Shown one piece after another: positions 38,008 to 51,600 of a stretch of 64,000 nt of DNA (within the stretch, counting starts at the first letter, position 1; each line of letters starts with the position of its first letter). A model generated the notes under the pieces. It worked only from the letters and a program-made list of their open reading frames with translations, was not told the origin of the DNA and did not search any database. The translations under genes and the position numbers were made by a program. The DNA is from Anthoceros angustus (Eukaryota > Plantae > Anthocerotophyta). Where the stretch lies: contig MU008162.1 in NCBI GenBank assembly GCA_010909165.1, positions 372,001-436,000 on the forward strand, written 5' to 3'.

Positions 38008-38480
38008 TTCAGGGAGGAAAGGAATTAGACTACCTAATATCGGGGCAATCAGCGGGCCGGTACATACACATGCACTTAAAACGCTCCAACTTGATGCCTT
38101 CATGCACAGATGATCCTACAGCAAACACAATCTTCCTTGCTTCAAATCAGAGAATTATCTGCCGGGGTGCACCAAATTGGCGAAGCCCCCTAACTCTGAC
38201 CATACAACTGTACAAGTTTGTACAGAAAATAACCTGGACGAAATGAAGTAGCAGTATGGCTGCTACACACAAGGACAAAGCAAGTCCTGCTACCAACCTC
38301 CACCCACCGTGAAAATTGTGGAGTGCCATGGGCTTGCTGTGCTGTCCAACTCTTCTGATTCTGAGGTACGAATGCACACCAGTTCCGTTTCCACTTCACA
38401 GACCACAACGCTAGCTATATCCCTAGGTAACACCATGACTGATCTTAGTCATTGAGAACCTGGTCAACAGTCATGGACCT

Positions 38481-41289
38481 TCAGGAGGAAGGTTGGTGCC
38501 CACCCATGCCAATAGATCTCTGTGTGAACTCCAGTAACTGTCTGCGTTGGTGTTCATTAGTGTGTGGCAAGCAAGCCTTGAGAAGCTCCACTGGGATCTC
38601 CTTGCTCATTGCTGCTGTGGCGGCTGAAGTTGCACTTGCCATGTCACTTGATGCCGACATTACAAGAGTATGAATTATACTTTCATACTTCTTGGTACAA
38701 TAATTTGTAAGAAGAACAAAAAAGGCATCAAATGCAGCCTGCCAGCCAGCCAACTTCTGTGGCTGGTAAGCTGTATTATGATGAGTCAACAGAATTGTTG
38801 CTCGCTCCAGCACTGCACGCACAACCAGAGTGGCCCCATCCCCTGCAGGATTGCCAACAGGGCGCAGTGGAGGATGTTCTGGGGATAAGACAATAGCAGC
38901 TAAAAGGGCACTAAGAGGTGAGAGGCTCAAACTCGAGATACACACAGCCACTGCAGTAGCTAACCCAGCATTGACCGAAGTCTCATTGACATCTTTCTGA
39001 ACCCCTCCAAACAGGAAGTTGAGGTTTCGGAAAATTGACACTGTTACCAAGGTCACCAGCTCAGTACCAGGAAGTAGAAGGCCCAAATACTTGGTTACAA
39101 GCTTGCGGCCTTTGGTCAACGAAACAAGCCGCAAAAACGTCAGGTTATCCCCAAAACCATCAAAGGGTGCATCCTTCCCATACTGCCCTTCATGGTTGTT
39201 GCTCAGATTCATGAGCACAGCCAGTCCTTCTAGGAGAAGCTGACGCCTCCTCCTCAGAAGAACTCCACCATCAGGAGGCCTCATGACAGCAAGAAAACGA
39301 TCAATATCATCAACATCTAGAAGAAGGCAGAGCCCATCTTCCGCAACAATCCTCACTGCTAGCATAGGCTCCTGCTCCAGGGGTCTTTGAAGAGCTAATT
39401 TCTTCGTGTCGGCTATGAGTTGATCGATGGCTCCTCTGCCACCTTCAGTTCCACCATCACCTCCAGACATAACTGGGTCCATTTCCAGCAATGGCCTAGG
39501 TCTGCGTATGGAAGGGAATGGGACCCTGCCTAGAGCCTTGATTTGAAGGAAGGGATGAGGTTCTATGGGTGGTCGTGTATGGGAAGGCAATTCACGGAGG
39601 TTTGATGGTGCAAAGTGACGCCGTCCATGTGGAGTTGCGCCAGAATCAACTTTGGCCTGTACTGCTTGATGGTAGTAATCATCAATATATGGGTCACTGC
39701 TGTGCGTTGCTGCCCACTGGATCCTCACTATGTTATCTATCTCTTCTGCTGTCATGTACTTAGAGCGATGCTGCTGCCAACCGTTGTGCTCAAAAGAGTC
39801 TTCACCCTGTTCGCGGTGCATAATCGGAGTTCTCTCTTGCTGTTGATATGAATGCCACCCAGGTATCTGAGGTTGCATTGGCTTAAATTGAGAATCTCCA
39901 GTATATGAAGGACCAGGACCCATAGCTTGTTGAGCTGGCTGAGCGAGTACACCTGACCCTTGTTCTGTGTCCTTGCTCGCAGCAGGACTTGGTCGGAATG
40001 CCGCATGGAGGCCTTCATGCTGGAGGACAACCTGTGGCGGTACTAATGGCTGCTTCCTACTGACTGGCACCTGCCCAGACCAGGTGGAAGGGGTTTGTGG
40101 ATATTGCAGGTCCCTGACCATGAAAGGTATTACACCAGGAACACCTCCACCGGGTGGCAGTTGATAGGGGAAAATTCCTCTTCCAATACCGGGACCCATC
40201 GGATTAGGTTGCCCTTGCATTCCACGTGCATACGCCATCATGTTTGGAATCTGACCGTGAGCCCTTCCAGGCTGCTGAAAAATAGGCTGCCGAACAGCAG
40301 GTACGTTAACACCTTGATAAGCCACTGGTCCTTGAGATGCAAAACCACGACTCCCACCCATCCAAGCCTGACCCAACGATGGCCCAGCATAATCAGGAGG
40401 GCTTGGTGGTGCATAAGATGAAGGAGCTGATGACGTTGCACGCTGATCAGGACCAGTGAACGACCGATGGCTATCCATCCACGGGATTGAAGCTGATTGC
40501 AGCTCATTGATATTTTCCAGCTCTGCACAAGCACCCCACGGATCAAACAAGCTGAACCAAGAGATTAGGGCCCCTGAAACGTCATTGCAAAACATTGATA
40601 ACTTCACACCCTACTTACTTTCACGAGTATTTGACACTCCACGTCCATCCAAGCTACTTTCCAGCTCTGCACCCCTTAGGCTTCCCTGGACAAGACGATC
40701 ATACCAGCACCTTCAACAATCTGAACAGCAGCTCATATGAATCACCACGATTTCCACAGTACAGGCTCCCAGAATCAAACGAGAATCCCAGCGACTAAAG
40801 CCCTACGCGAACCTCACATCACCACCTGACAGCAATGCACTTAAGTGGCTACGAGAAATCCACTACATTCGAAAATAACACCTTATCCCAAGCTGAATTA
40901 CTGCTTTATCCTCCACCGCTTGTAAACTAGCACAGACAATTGCACCAAGCGCAGCCATCCACACAACCACAACTACTACCCTCAGAGGTGATCTACACGA
41001 AACGTTATCAACAAACCTCATCGTCTCGGCTGGTAGAAGAAACAGCGTCCGCTCTCGAACCTTCAAGCCCCTCGCCCCCGTCTTCATCCAAACCTCCGAG
41101 TTCAAGCTCCTGACTTTCATCTCCCCCGAAAAACGCATACTGAGAAGCATCAAATCGTTCATCGGCCCCTACAACCACAACATACACACACACACAGAAG
41201 ACTCAACAAACGGCCAGCCACGGCCCTCCCGACACATCCGAGAAACGAGAGAATCCGTGACGACAAAAGCCACCTCCGGAATGGTCCAT
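38481..41289 (-). CDS. PAT1H: PAT1 homolog (mRNA decapping activator)
   Basis: Exon 1 MDHSG|GADERFDASQYAFF..ELGGL; long terminal exon with SKYMTAEEIDNIVRIQ, PYIDDYYHQA, LGRVPFPSIRRPRPLLE, EQEPMLA.R...EDGLCLLLDVDDIDR and EIPVELL.ACLPHTNEHQR. Middle exon boundaries are uncertain. Confidence 0.9.
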
Positions 41290-41958
41290 CTTTCCGAAAC
41301 ACTCAGCTCCTCCCTTGACAGTCGCTTGCAATTAGGGTCAGCTCCACCAGCGCGCGCTCCAGCTGTGAAGCTTTCAGATCAAGAACTAGGTCATCCTGCC
41401 ACCTTCAATTGCCCCATCAGCTGCCCCTGCGCAGACGCCTCCGGCGCCAGACGTCCAGAAAACCTCCAAGCCTCAACCCCTTCTCCACTTGCCAGCCGCG
41501 CGATTCCTCCACCAAATCTGACCGCAAAATAAGCGCCAATCCAGAAACAGACGGATTGCTCCCAGGAAAGGCAATTGCTGTCACACCCGATGCGTCCAGA
41601 CTCCAGATCCAGCTTCGCCACACCGAGCAGCGGACCTCTTGAATGGTCCAATGCCAACACTGCTCCGATCGTGAAAGCCTTATTGCCAAGTGTCTGTTTC
41701 GCCCCTAAACCCGATATGTTTACGCTGATTTACGGACATGATTTTCCGAGAAAAGATCTGCATAATTTCTCGGATTGGGCCACACTGTCCTTATCCTGGA
41801 CGAATCCGGCGCCCGCTTTATACGTCCCTTCACCCTCGGCTTTGTGGCTCTATGGCAACGAAGGGCATGTATAAGCCGGTTGGCTGCGGGACGAGGCTGC
41901 ATGGGTTCCCCCCACCCTCCTTCCGTGCTTGCCCGCTCTGTTGTCGCTGGAGGTGGAG

Positions 41959-43179
41959 ATGGCGGCCTGCACCGTGCGCCTTCCCGCATCTCCCGTTGCA
42001 AGCAGCAGCGGCAGCAGCGGGAGAGGGTCTGTTGAGCCCGTTGGATGCGCGCAATGCCGGCGATGGCAGGCTCTTGGAAGGAAAGGCCATCTCGGGAGCA
42101 GGCTGGTCTTTCAGGCTGCTGCTCCAGCCGCCTCGGGACACGAGTTGTTCGTGGTGCGGGCTGCCAAGCGTGTTTCTTCCGGGCGCAGCTACGTGCTGAG
42201 CTCCACCCTGGCTGCGGAGGAAGGCAACGAGGAGGAAGTGGCGAAATTGTGCAAAGGCATTTTGGAATGGGCCTCGGAGAAGCAAGTGCGCGTCTTGCGT
42301 TTTTGCTTTGGATTGCGCTTTTTCTGTTCAGGTGACGCAGGATCTTCGGAGGAAGGTGTGGTGATTTTGTGCTTTGCCGGTTGCAGAAGGACAAAACCGC
42401 CGGGATCCAGGTATTTGAATGCAACGCGGATCCCTTTGAGAAGAATGTGGTGCATTTTTGGGAGCGATATGAAAGCTTCACGCATATGAACGACATCAGG
42501 GCTTCCCCTGAGCATACTAAGTTCATGACCGATGTAAGCTACGCTTAGTCTTGTGCCTTTCCAAGCTCGGATGTTTCAAGTTTCTTCATGACTGACTGTT
42601 TTTTTGCCGATGCTATGTTCATGTTTTTTGGCAGGTGAGGCCACTTCTAACAGGTCCTGTGGGACTGGCATGCTACGAGTACAAGGATGGTCAAATTGGA
42701 AACATGCTGAATCCTATTGGTATGTTCAAGCTTCTCCTTTCTTTCGGACTTTGGTATACTCCTCGTCATGTCCTTTATTTGTTTAGCCACGTGGTCATGT
42801 TTCTTGTGTTCGACTTTGCAGCAGAGGCTGTGCTGTGAATGTTGCCACGGATGTTGCTGGACGGTTGGAGCATTGCCTTCGTATGAGGTCCTTGTACATA
42901 ATGCTGCGAGTGATGCGAGTCCTCAGACCTGTGGTCGTGATTCACTACGCAGGGCCGAAGGGTGAGGGCGGCCTGGACGATGCGACTGGGCAAGGGGGCG
43001 GTGGAGGAGGAGCAGGATATAAGCAACAGTCCATGACCATCAACATGGGAATCGGTGAATCAGCCGACCGAGAAGAATGGGGTTTGGCCAAGATGCTGGC
43101 AAAAGCTGCCGGCAAGCCTCAAGACGAAAACGAAGGAGGCTGGAACCTGAAGAATCTCTTTGGTAGCAAAAAAGAGTGA
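41959..43179 (+). CDS. Plastid-targeted ABM/dimeric alpha-beta barrel domain protein, 4 exons
   Basis: Transit-like N-terminus; spliced core YVLSSTLAAEEGNEEEVAKLCKGILEWASEKQ|KDKTAGIQVFECNADPFEKNVVHFWERYESFTHMNDIRASPEHTKFMTD|VRPLLTGPV fits the ABM fold pattern (DP....F...E.Y......H...P.H..F); Gly-rich tail to stop at 43179. Confidence 0.75.
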
Positions 43180-43248
43180 GGAATCAAAAGTGAAAGTGTC
43201 TTCCCGGTCGGTGCTAGAAGAAACTCTTCTTGACGGTTACTTATGAAG

Positions 43249-44217
43249 TTATCGACGTAGAGAGTCACAGAGAGCGAATTGTTTCATAGAGAGAAATGTG
43301 AATGTGTCGCCTAAACGCTCCTTCAGTTCGCCAAGTACGATATCCTTCCTATCTCTCACCTCATCTATAACGCTTAGACGCTCTTGCTGAAGTGCCCTAC
43401 GCCGCATCTCGAATTCATCGATCAACACAAGTTCCGAGAGTCGGATGATTTCCATCCACACCTGTGCAGCCATATTCAGTACAAATAACGATGGCTCCCG
43501 GCTGCGGATTGCCCTGATGTAGGCCATGCCCCTCCTTGTGCAGTTTAGCAGCAGGGGTTGAAGCGTGCGATTCGCGGAAGGTTCTGGAGCATCCACGCGC
43601 GCATCCTCTACTTGATTTTGCTCGTTGGTAACCTCATGAGATGCCTCCTGCTTGCCGATCGCGTTCTCAACAATGTCGGAATCTGGAATTCGACGCTCGG
43701 TAGGATTATTCGTGTGAATGTCTTCTTCCTCCTTCTCTCCCTCGAGATCATCTAATTCCTCAACATGATCGTCGCCAGATCCATTCTCCGTCGTCGCCAA
43801 CGCCCGGGACATAAGTGTGGATAGTTGTTTCATTTCCCTCTGCATGCTCCTGGCCATATTCACTGCATCGTCTGATGGCTCCTGGCGGCGGAACGCGTCG
43901 ATGAAGGCGTGGCAACTGCTTCTGAAGCTGACAAGCAGGTCTCCAAGCGAAGGAGTCGCGGTAGGTTTTGGATCATCCACACTGGACTCCTGTAGCTGAT
44001 GTTGCTCGTCGGTGACCTCATGAGATGCCTCCTTGTTGCCGATGGCGTTCTCTACAACATTATGCAGCAGGTGCTGAGGCGGACTCGCGGGATGTTCTGG
44101 AAGCTCGGGAGGATCATTCGACCTGCGGACGTCCTCTTCTTCTTGCTCGTTGTTTGCCACATCAGGTTGCCATAATTCCGCAACATGATCGTCGCCAGAA
44201 CCAATACCGCCGTCCAT
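43249..44217 (-). CDS. Orphan acidic protein with a two-fold internal repeat, intronless, 322 aa
   Basis: True ATG at 44217 and an uninterrupted 969-bp ORF; GSGDDHV.EL and VENAIG..EASHEVT.EQ.Q occur twice, ~140 aa apart. Confidence 0.7.
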   Translation of the reverse strand: MDGGIGSGDDHVAELWQPDVANNEQEEEDVRRSNDPPELPEHPASPPQHLLHNVVENAIGNKEASHEVTDEQHQLQESSVDDPKPTATPSLGDLLVSFRSSCHAFIDAFRRQEPSDDAVNMARSMQREMKQLSTLMSRALATTENGSGDDHVEELDDLEGEKEEEDIHTNNPTERRIPDSDIVENAIGKQEASHEVTNEQNQVEDARVDAPEPSANRTLQPLLLNCTRRGMAYIRAIRSREPSLFVLNMAAQVWMEIIRLSELVLIDEFEMRRRALQQERLSVIDEVRDRKDIVLGELKERLGDTFTFLSMKQFALCDSLRR

Positions 44218-44477
44218 GGTTCCTCCACGCTCCTCCTAATCCAGTGCAAGCGCTGCCGCAATTTGAGTCTTCACACCACAACCAAAACCTCACTGAAACG
44301 AAGGCAAACTATGTACAGCGCTAGCTGCTTCGAACTTCGAACAAGAATGTCTACCTCTGTCCGTTTTGAAGCCTCATTTGTAGAGTTTGAACCAGAATCC
44401 AGAATTCCAAACGACTCGAACGTTGTGCAATGGTATCTTGAATTAGAGCGTGTAAGGCCTGTGGAGCAAGCCCTAGT

Positions 44478-45690
44478 CAGTTCAATTTTGTTATGGAGTG
44501 ATGTTGGCCAGACGATGAGCATGGGCATTCTCATTCTGGACCACATCTTTGTTCAGGCGACTTTGTAATGTCAATGCTTCAATGCTTGGCAGTGATCTGT
44601 ATAGCATTTTTTTTCAACGCATGGCGTTGTGCTGCACTTGGGTCTTCTCTTTGCCTTGCTGGCTGTGTTGTCTGTAAAGAGCAGTTCTGTTGTGTTGTGC
44701 ACAAGTGGGGTGATTTATAGAAGTGAAGAATGCTTAGTGTGCATGGTCGTCTGTGATGAAGATGGAACATGGGAGGCAGACACAGGCTTGTTAAGATTAT
44801 ATCGCTTTTCACATGGCTGGTAACGGGTTTGCAATTCGCCCTTGCTTAGATGTTCATGACGAGTGAGATGCATCCAACCCTGATCTTGGAGGCGCTTGCG
44901 CTGAAGCTGCTCAAGCATGGCTCACTGTGGTTCTCGCATGAGTGACTTGTAATCGTGTATGTTAAGTCGTTGCAGTGAACCCTAATACGCTGTTACTTTC
45001 TAGATAGCTTAGTATGTCCATTTTCCATTTGCTAAGCTAAGAACGAAGTTGTTTTTCGCAACAGACTTCCCTGTTTCTTCCCGTCAGATTTGACTCCGAC
45101 TACTGTTTCCCTTCCTAGCCCTGAAATTGCACCCGGGTCCCCTTGTTGTTGTAGTCTTGTCCAGAAGCAACGCCATGTTGGACTACTCTTCCATCTGCTG
45201 CAGGCTGGAGGACAAGCTGTTGCGGTACTAATGACTGCTTCCTACTGGCTGGCACCTGCCCAGGCCAGGTGGAGGGGAAATTTGTGGATATGGCTGGTCC
45301 CTAACCGTGAAGGTATTACACCCGAACACCTCCATGCCACCCAGTGGCAGCTGATACGAAAACGAAGCAGTGAGAAATCGAAAAAACCTCTCCGGTTTCT
45401 CTCCACATTGTTCGTGTTCCTCTTCTTCATCAGAACCGCTGCCCACTGCGCTTTCCTTTGCTTTACAGGCCTCCTTCCCAACCTCTTCAGCCTCCTGCAT
45501 CAACCCTAGAGCGAAGATGCCCGTGACAGCTGCACCAGAATGAAGCCTGACAGCTGGAGCTCGGGCATGCCCCTCCCGAAAGGTCCGCGGAGGAAAAACC
45601 AACCCCGCAAACGGCAAGGATGCCGCGGTCATGTGGTTTTCCATCCTATCTAAACGGAATCGAACATGGTTATGATGTAAGAAAATGCTT
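44478..45690 (-). other. Mosaic of captured fragments (array-unit piece + PAT1 exon piece + 34-kb segment)
   Basis: 45550-45690 resembles 45935-46090; 45204-45356 resembles PAT1 40019-40166 in the same orientation; 44478-45164 is the reverse complement of 33991-34687. Confidence 0.8.
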
Positions 45691-48600
45691 CCGGCTCCGA
45701 GTCGGGGGTGTGTTGGGGACCCTCGCCAGCGAGCCGTCAATCACACTACTGCCAGGCCTTCTTCCTCCTCTCCGCTGCCTCCCACCGTAGGACCTCCTCG
45801 GTTTCCTCCCGCCCAGCTGATGCTCCCTTCCAGCTGATGCTATGGCGGCATTCAGCACTTTCACATCTTCCATGATTTGGGCACGATGCAACTGGGGGCA
45901 AGGGGGTGGTGGAGGAGGAGCTGACACCTGGAGCTGGAGCTCTTGCTCCTCGCGGAGGTCCGTGGACGAAAAACCAACCTTGCAAATGGCAAGTTCCTAC
46001 ACATGTGGACTTGTGCAGTTGTCATGAAATTTAACATGGGATCAAAACGGAATATAGCTTGGTTATCACGGCGTAATATAAGAAAATGCTAAACCATTGC
46101 ATGAAGTATCTATTTTCAAATAAGGAACTTGTTAATTATCTTATTATAATATGTACGTTAATCTACATACATGGACAACATCTCTTGTTATCGAGGGTGG
46201 ATTCTTCCTCTCCTATGGACTAGAGTAATTGGAATAACGAGATTGAACTAGTGTTTGATGTTGTCAAGTTTGGATTCCTCCTTTCATAGTTTTCAATCTC
46301 GATACACAAAATGAGATTGATAACTAGATTGGAAAAAAAACTAGGCAAAGATTAAGTTGTAAATAAAGGTGAGAAGATGTGAAGACCTCTATACAAAATC
46401 TTGTTATTTAATATATATATTATCTATTAAGTAGCCAATGTTTGTCCGATGAAGTTACTTTGGAAATAAATAAATATTTGGTTCTAACAAACAATACAAG
46501 ACACCTATGGCTACATTAAAGTGGTTTTGGTGGGAGTACTAGGTTACTTATGTTCTTCTTGTTTCTCTTCCACAAGATGAAATGAGTCCATCTAATATAA
46601 TGTAGGCCTTCAATCTTCTTGCATGTGACATTGTCGGCGCAATATGTGACTTTATTTAGGGAGCTTAGTTGCTCCATATTTCGCAAGGTTCCCCTTTGCT
46701 ACCTGACCCTATGATGTCCTCTATTAGATGGGCTCTCCATCATCTCTCCTACCTCAATTTTAAAGCTTCATCTATTGAGGCTAGTATTTTCGAGCAAAAT
46801 CGGTTTTGTGAAGGCACAAAAGATTTATGTGACAATAAGTAGTTGTTTGCATGTGTCAAGCTGGTGGTATGCTTCAAATCATGTCCAATTTGCCAAGGCT
46901 GTAATCGATGTGTTGTAAGGGTTGTAGAACCCAAAGGTGGGCTTCCTTTTCAAACTCTTCTCAAGTTTGTTTGGTTATCGAACCAATAAGTGCGCTTCTT
47001 TATTTGCGATCCTTCTGCTTGATGGGGCGAGGTGACTGATGGGACATGATCCCAAACATCACGCCTGCTTCAAAGAGACTCGCCTCCGCTTTCAAAGAGA
47101 CTCAGAGAAAACCATATATATAAGCCAATCTAATATTATTATATTACATAGTCAAAGTAAAAGATTAATATGCTTATGTTCAAAGGAGAGTTGCATGAAA
47201 GAAGGTATGAAGCAAGAAGGGATGAGATCCACTTTCTAGCGTGAGAGCATATGTCACACCGGATACCTTGATAGGGAGGAGCATGAAGGTGTTTGATCAT
47301 TTGGTGAGGCTTGGAGACGTCAGAACAACCAATACATAAACAAGTGAGGACTATACATCGATGTTCTAAATTGTGAGAAGACTCAACATCACATTTCTTG
47401 CAAGTCGCCCATAGTTGCCTTGCTACAGTAGTAAAAGTTCATTGACACCATCGTGATCATAAAGGATACGCGAATAACTCACACCGAGAAAGGAATCGCC
47501 ATATGCGAGACGGAAGGTCCATGTCTAATCCTCCACCTTGAATTTTTTTGAAATAGTAGAAAATAAATATGTAACGGTCTCCTCCGGCTTTTATCAATCC
47601 TTTCAATTAAAAGGACAAATTACGTTATTCCTCGATGGTATGCTCTTCAACGAAGATATTCCTTGATGGTCTATTTAGACCGATCCCTTAGATGCAAAAT
47701 GTCAATTGTGGAACGCAAAAGTTTGGGCATTCTTTGAGAACATGGAGAAAGAATTGTAAGAAGCTGCCAAGATTCTAGTAAGAATGTTCAAATTCCTTTT
47801 GACTTTTGATTTTGAGGATTTACGGTAAAATGTAGGCTAGAATCATCGGTGAGTATCCGATCCTAGAAGGCAAAACCGCATCTCGAGACGCCGCGGATCG
47901 TCTCGTAGGAGGCCCCGTAAGAGGTCTAACACTCATAAATTTTTAACCTATGGTGGGCGTTGGAGACTTAGCATTTTGGCCAAACCGTAGGAGGATAAGT
48001 AGATAGGTAGGTAGGTTTGAATATTTTGGGAGGAATATCTAACATATATAGTGCATCGGAGGTGAGGAATCACGAGACCCAAGGAAGAAGTTTCCTTGGA
48101 CTTTGCAGCCGCCAAGGTAGGAAGCCTCCTTGACACCAATCTTCTCCGACATGCCGATTAGACGCCTGGTCTGCAAAACTTGGAGCGCCATCCCACCATC
48201 TCCGCCATGGCGACGCAAAGATGCCGAACTCACCCTCGACATGCACAGGATGCCTCCCTGGGGATGAGTCTTGGTGCCGATCCCGCATCATCACCGGCCT
48301 GCCGACCCGGTCGGGGTGTGTTAGACCTCGCCAGGCCAAATACCACTGCCGAGAAAGGAATCGCCATATGCGAGACGGAAGGTCCATGTCTAATCCTCCA
48401 CTGAATTTTTTTGAAATAGTAGAAAATAAATATGTAACGGTCTCCTCCGGCTTTTATCAATCCTTTCAATTAAAAGGACAAATTACGTTATTCCTCGATG
48501 GTATGCTCTTCAACGAAGATATTCCTTGATGGTCTATTTAGACCGATCCCTTAGATGCGATTGCCTCAATTGTGGAACGCAAAAGTTTGGGCATTCTTTG

Positions 48601-51600
48601 AGAACATGGAGAAAGAATTGTAAGAAGCTGCCAAGATTCTAGTAAGAATGTTCAAATTCCTTTTGACTTTTGATTTTGAGGATTTACCGAGTAAAATGTA
48701 GGCTAGAATCACCTAGCGACGTATCCACTAGAAGGCAAACGCATCTCGAGACGCCGCGGATCGTCTCGTAGGAGGCCCCGTAAGAGGTCTAACACTCATA
48801 AATTTTTAACCTATGGTGGGCGTTGGAGACTTAACGCATTTTGGCCAAACCGTAGGAGGATAAGTAGATAGGTAGGTAGGTTTGAATATTTTAGGAGGGA
48901 ATATCTAACATATATAGTGCATCGGAGGTGAGGAATGCGAGACCCAAGGAAGAAGTTTCCTTGGACTTTAGCGCACTGCCAAGGTAGGAAGCCTCCTTGA
49001 CACCAATCTTCTCCGACATTTAGACTGGTGCAAAACTTGGAGCGGCCATCCCACCATCTCCGCCATGGCGCGCAGATGCCCCGAACTCACCCTCGACATC
49101 CGCACTGGGATGCCTCCCTGGGGATGAGTCTTGGTGCCGATCCTGCATCAACAGCCTGACTCGAGTCGGGGTGTGTTAGGGACCTCGCAGCCAATCACAC
49201 TCTGCCAGGCCCTCTTCCTCCTCTCCGCGCCTCCCGGCCAGGGACCTCCTCGGTTTCCTCCCGCCCGGTGATGCTCCCTTCCGGTGATGCTATGGCGGCA
49301 TTCAAGACTTTCACATCTTCCACGATCTGGGCACGATGCAACCCGGGGCAAGGGGTGGTGGAGGAGGAGGCGACACACGGAGTGGAGCTCTTGCTCCTCG
49401 CGAGGTCCGTGACTAAAACCAACCTTGCAAATGGCAAGTTCCTATACATGTGGACTTGTGCGGTTGTCATGAAATTTAACATGGGATCAAAACGAATATA
49501 GCTTGGTTATCACGGCGTAATGTAAGAAAATGCTAAACCATTGCATGAAGTATCTATTTTCAAATAAGGAACTTGTTAATTATCTCGATTATAATATATA
49601 CGTTAATCTACATACATGGACAACATCTCTTGTTGTCGAGGGTGGATTCTTCCTCTCCTATGGACCGGAGTAATTGGAATAACGAGATTGAACTAGTGTT
49701 TGATGTTGTCAAGTTTGATTCCTCCTTTCATAGTTTTCAATCTCGATACACAAAATGAGATTGATAACTAGATTGGAAAAACTAGGCAAAGATTAAGTTG
49801 TAAATAAAGGTGAGAAGGCAGTAAGACCTCTATACAAAATCTTGTTATTTAATATATATATTATCTATTAAGTAGCCAATGTTTGTCCGATGAAGTTACT
49901 TTGGAAATAAATAAATATTTGGTTCTAACAAACAATACAAGACACCTATGGCTACATTAAAGTGGTTTTGGTGGGGAGTACTAGGTTACTTATGTTCTTC
50001 TTGTTTCTCTTCCACAAGATGAAATGAGTCCATCTAATATAATGTAGGCCTTCAATCTTCTTGCATGTGACATTGTTGTGACTGACTTTACGTGGGAGCT
50101 TAGTTGTTCGCATTTCATCGCAAGGTTCCTCATGGCCTCGACCCTATGATGTCCTCTATTAGATGGGCTCTCTCCATCATCTCTCCTACCTCAATTTTAA
50201 AGCTTCATCTATTGAGGCTAGTATTTTCGAGCAAAATCGGTTGACGGTGAAGGCACAAAAGATTTATGTGACAATAAGTAGTTGTTTGCATGTGTCAAGC
50301 TGGTGGTATGCTTGAAATCATGTCCAATTTGGGGCGTTAATCGATGTTGTAAGGGTTGTAGAACCCAAAGGTGGGCTTCCTTTTCAAACTCTTCTCAAGT
50401 TTTATTTGGTTATCGAACCAATAAGTGCGCTTCTTTATTTGCGTATCCTTCTCGTTTGATGGGCGAGGTGACGCCGATGGGACATGATCCCAAACATCAC
50501 GCCTGCTTCAAAGAGACACACTCGTTTCAAAGAGACCCGTGAGGAAAACCATATATATAAGCCAATCTAATATTATTATATTACATAGTCAAAGTAAAAG
50601 ATTAATATGCTTATGTTCGGTGAGAGTTGCATGAAAGAAGGTATGAAGCAAGAAGGGATGAGATCCACTTTCTAGCGTGAGAGCATATGTCACACACGGA
50701 TACCTTGATAGGGAGGGAGCATGAAGGTGTTTGATCATTTGGTGAGGCTTGAGACGCCCCAACAACCAATACATAAACAAGTGAGGACTATACATCGGAT
50801 GTTCTAAATTGTGAGAAGACTCAACATCACATTTCTTGCAAGTGCCCATAGTTGCCTTTCACATGGTAGTCGCAAAAGTTCATTGACACCATCGTGATCA
50901 TAAAGGATACGAATAACTCACTGCCGAGAAAGGAATCGCCATATGCAGACGGAAGGTCCATGTCTAATCCTCCGAATTTTTTGAAATAGTAGAAAATAAA
51001 TATGTAACGGTCTCCTCGGCTTTTATCAATCCTTTCAATTAAAAGGACAAATTACGTTATTCCTCGATGGTATGCTCTTCAACGAAGATATTCCTTGATG
51101 GTCTATTTAGACCGATCCTTAGATGCGATTGCTGAATTGTGGAACGCAAAAGTTTGGGCATTCTTTGAGAACATGGAGAAAGAATTGTAAGAAGCTGCCA
51201 AGATTCTAGTAAGAATGTTCAAATTCCTTTTGATTTTGAGGATTTACCGAGTAAAATGTAGGCTAGAATCACCTAGCGGGGCGTATCCAGAAGGCGATCC
51301 GCATCTCGAGACGCTGGCGGATCGTCTCGTAGGAGGCCCCGTAAGAGGTCTAACACTCATAAATTTTTAACCTATGGTGGGCGTTGGAGACTTAACGCAT
51401 TTTTGGCCAAACCGTAGGAGGATAAGTAGATAGGTAGGTAGGTTTGAATATTTTAGGAGGGAATATCTAACATATATATGCAACGGAGGTGAGGAATCAC
51501 GAGACCCAAGGAAGAAGTTTCCTTGGACTTTGGGCGCACCTGCGGTAGGAAGCCTCCTTGACACCAATCTTCTCCGACATGCCGATTAGACGCTGGTGCA

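Noticed and set aside
15282-43179. U12-type introns in genes near the minor-spliceosome gene ZMAT5
   Set aside because: The donors I inspected are ordinary GT types; no (G/A)TATCCTT 5' sites were noticed.
51300-51500. Stops in the array unit read as C>T-decayed Gln codons of a long ORF
   Set aside because: Any stop codon is one C>T change from a sense codon, so this is not evidence on its own.
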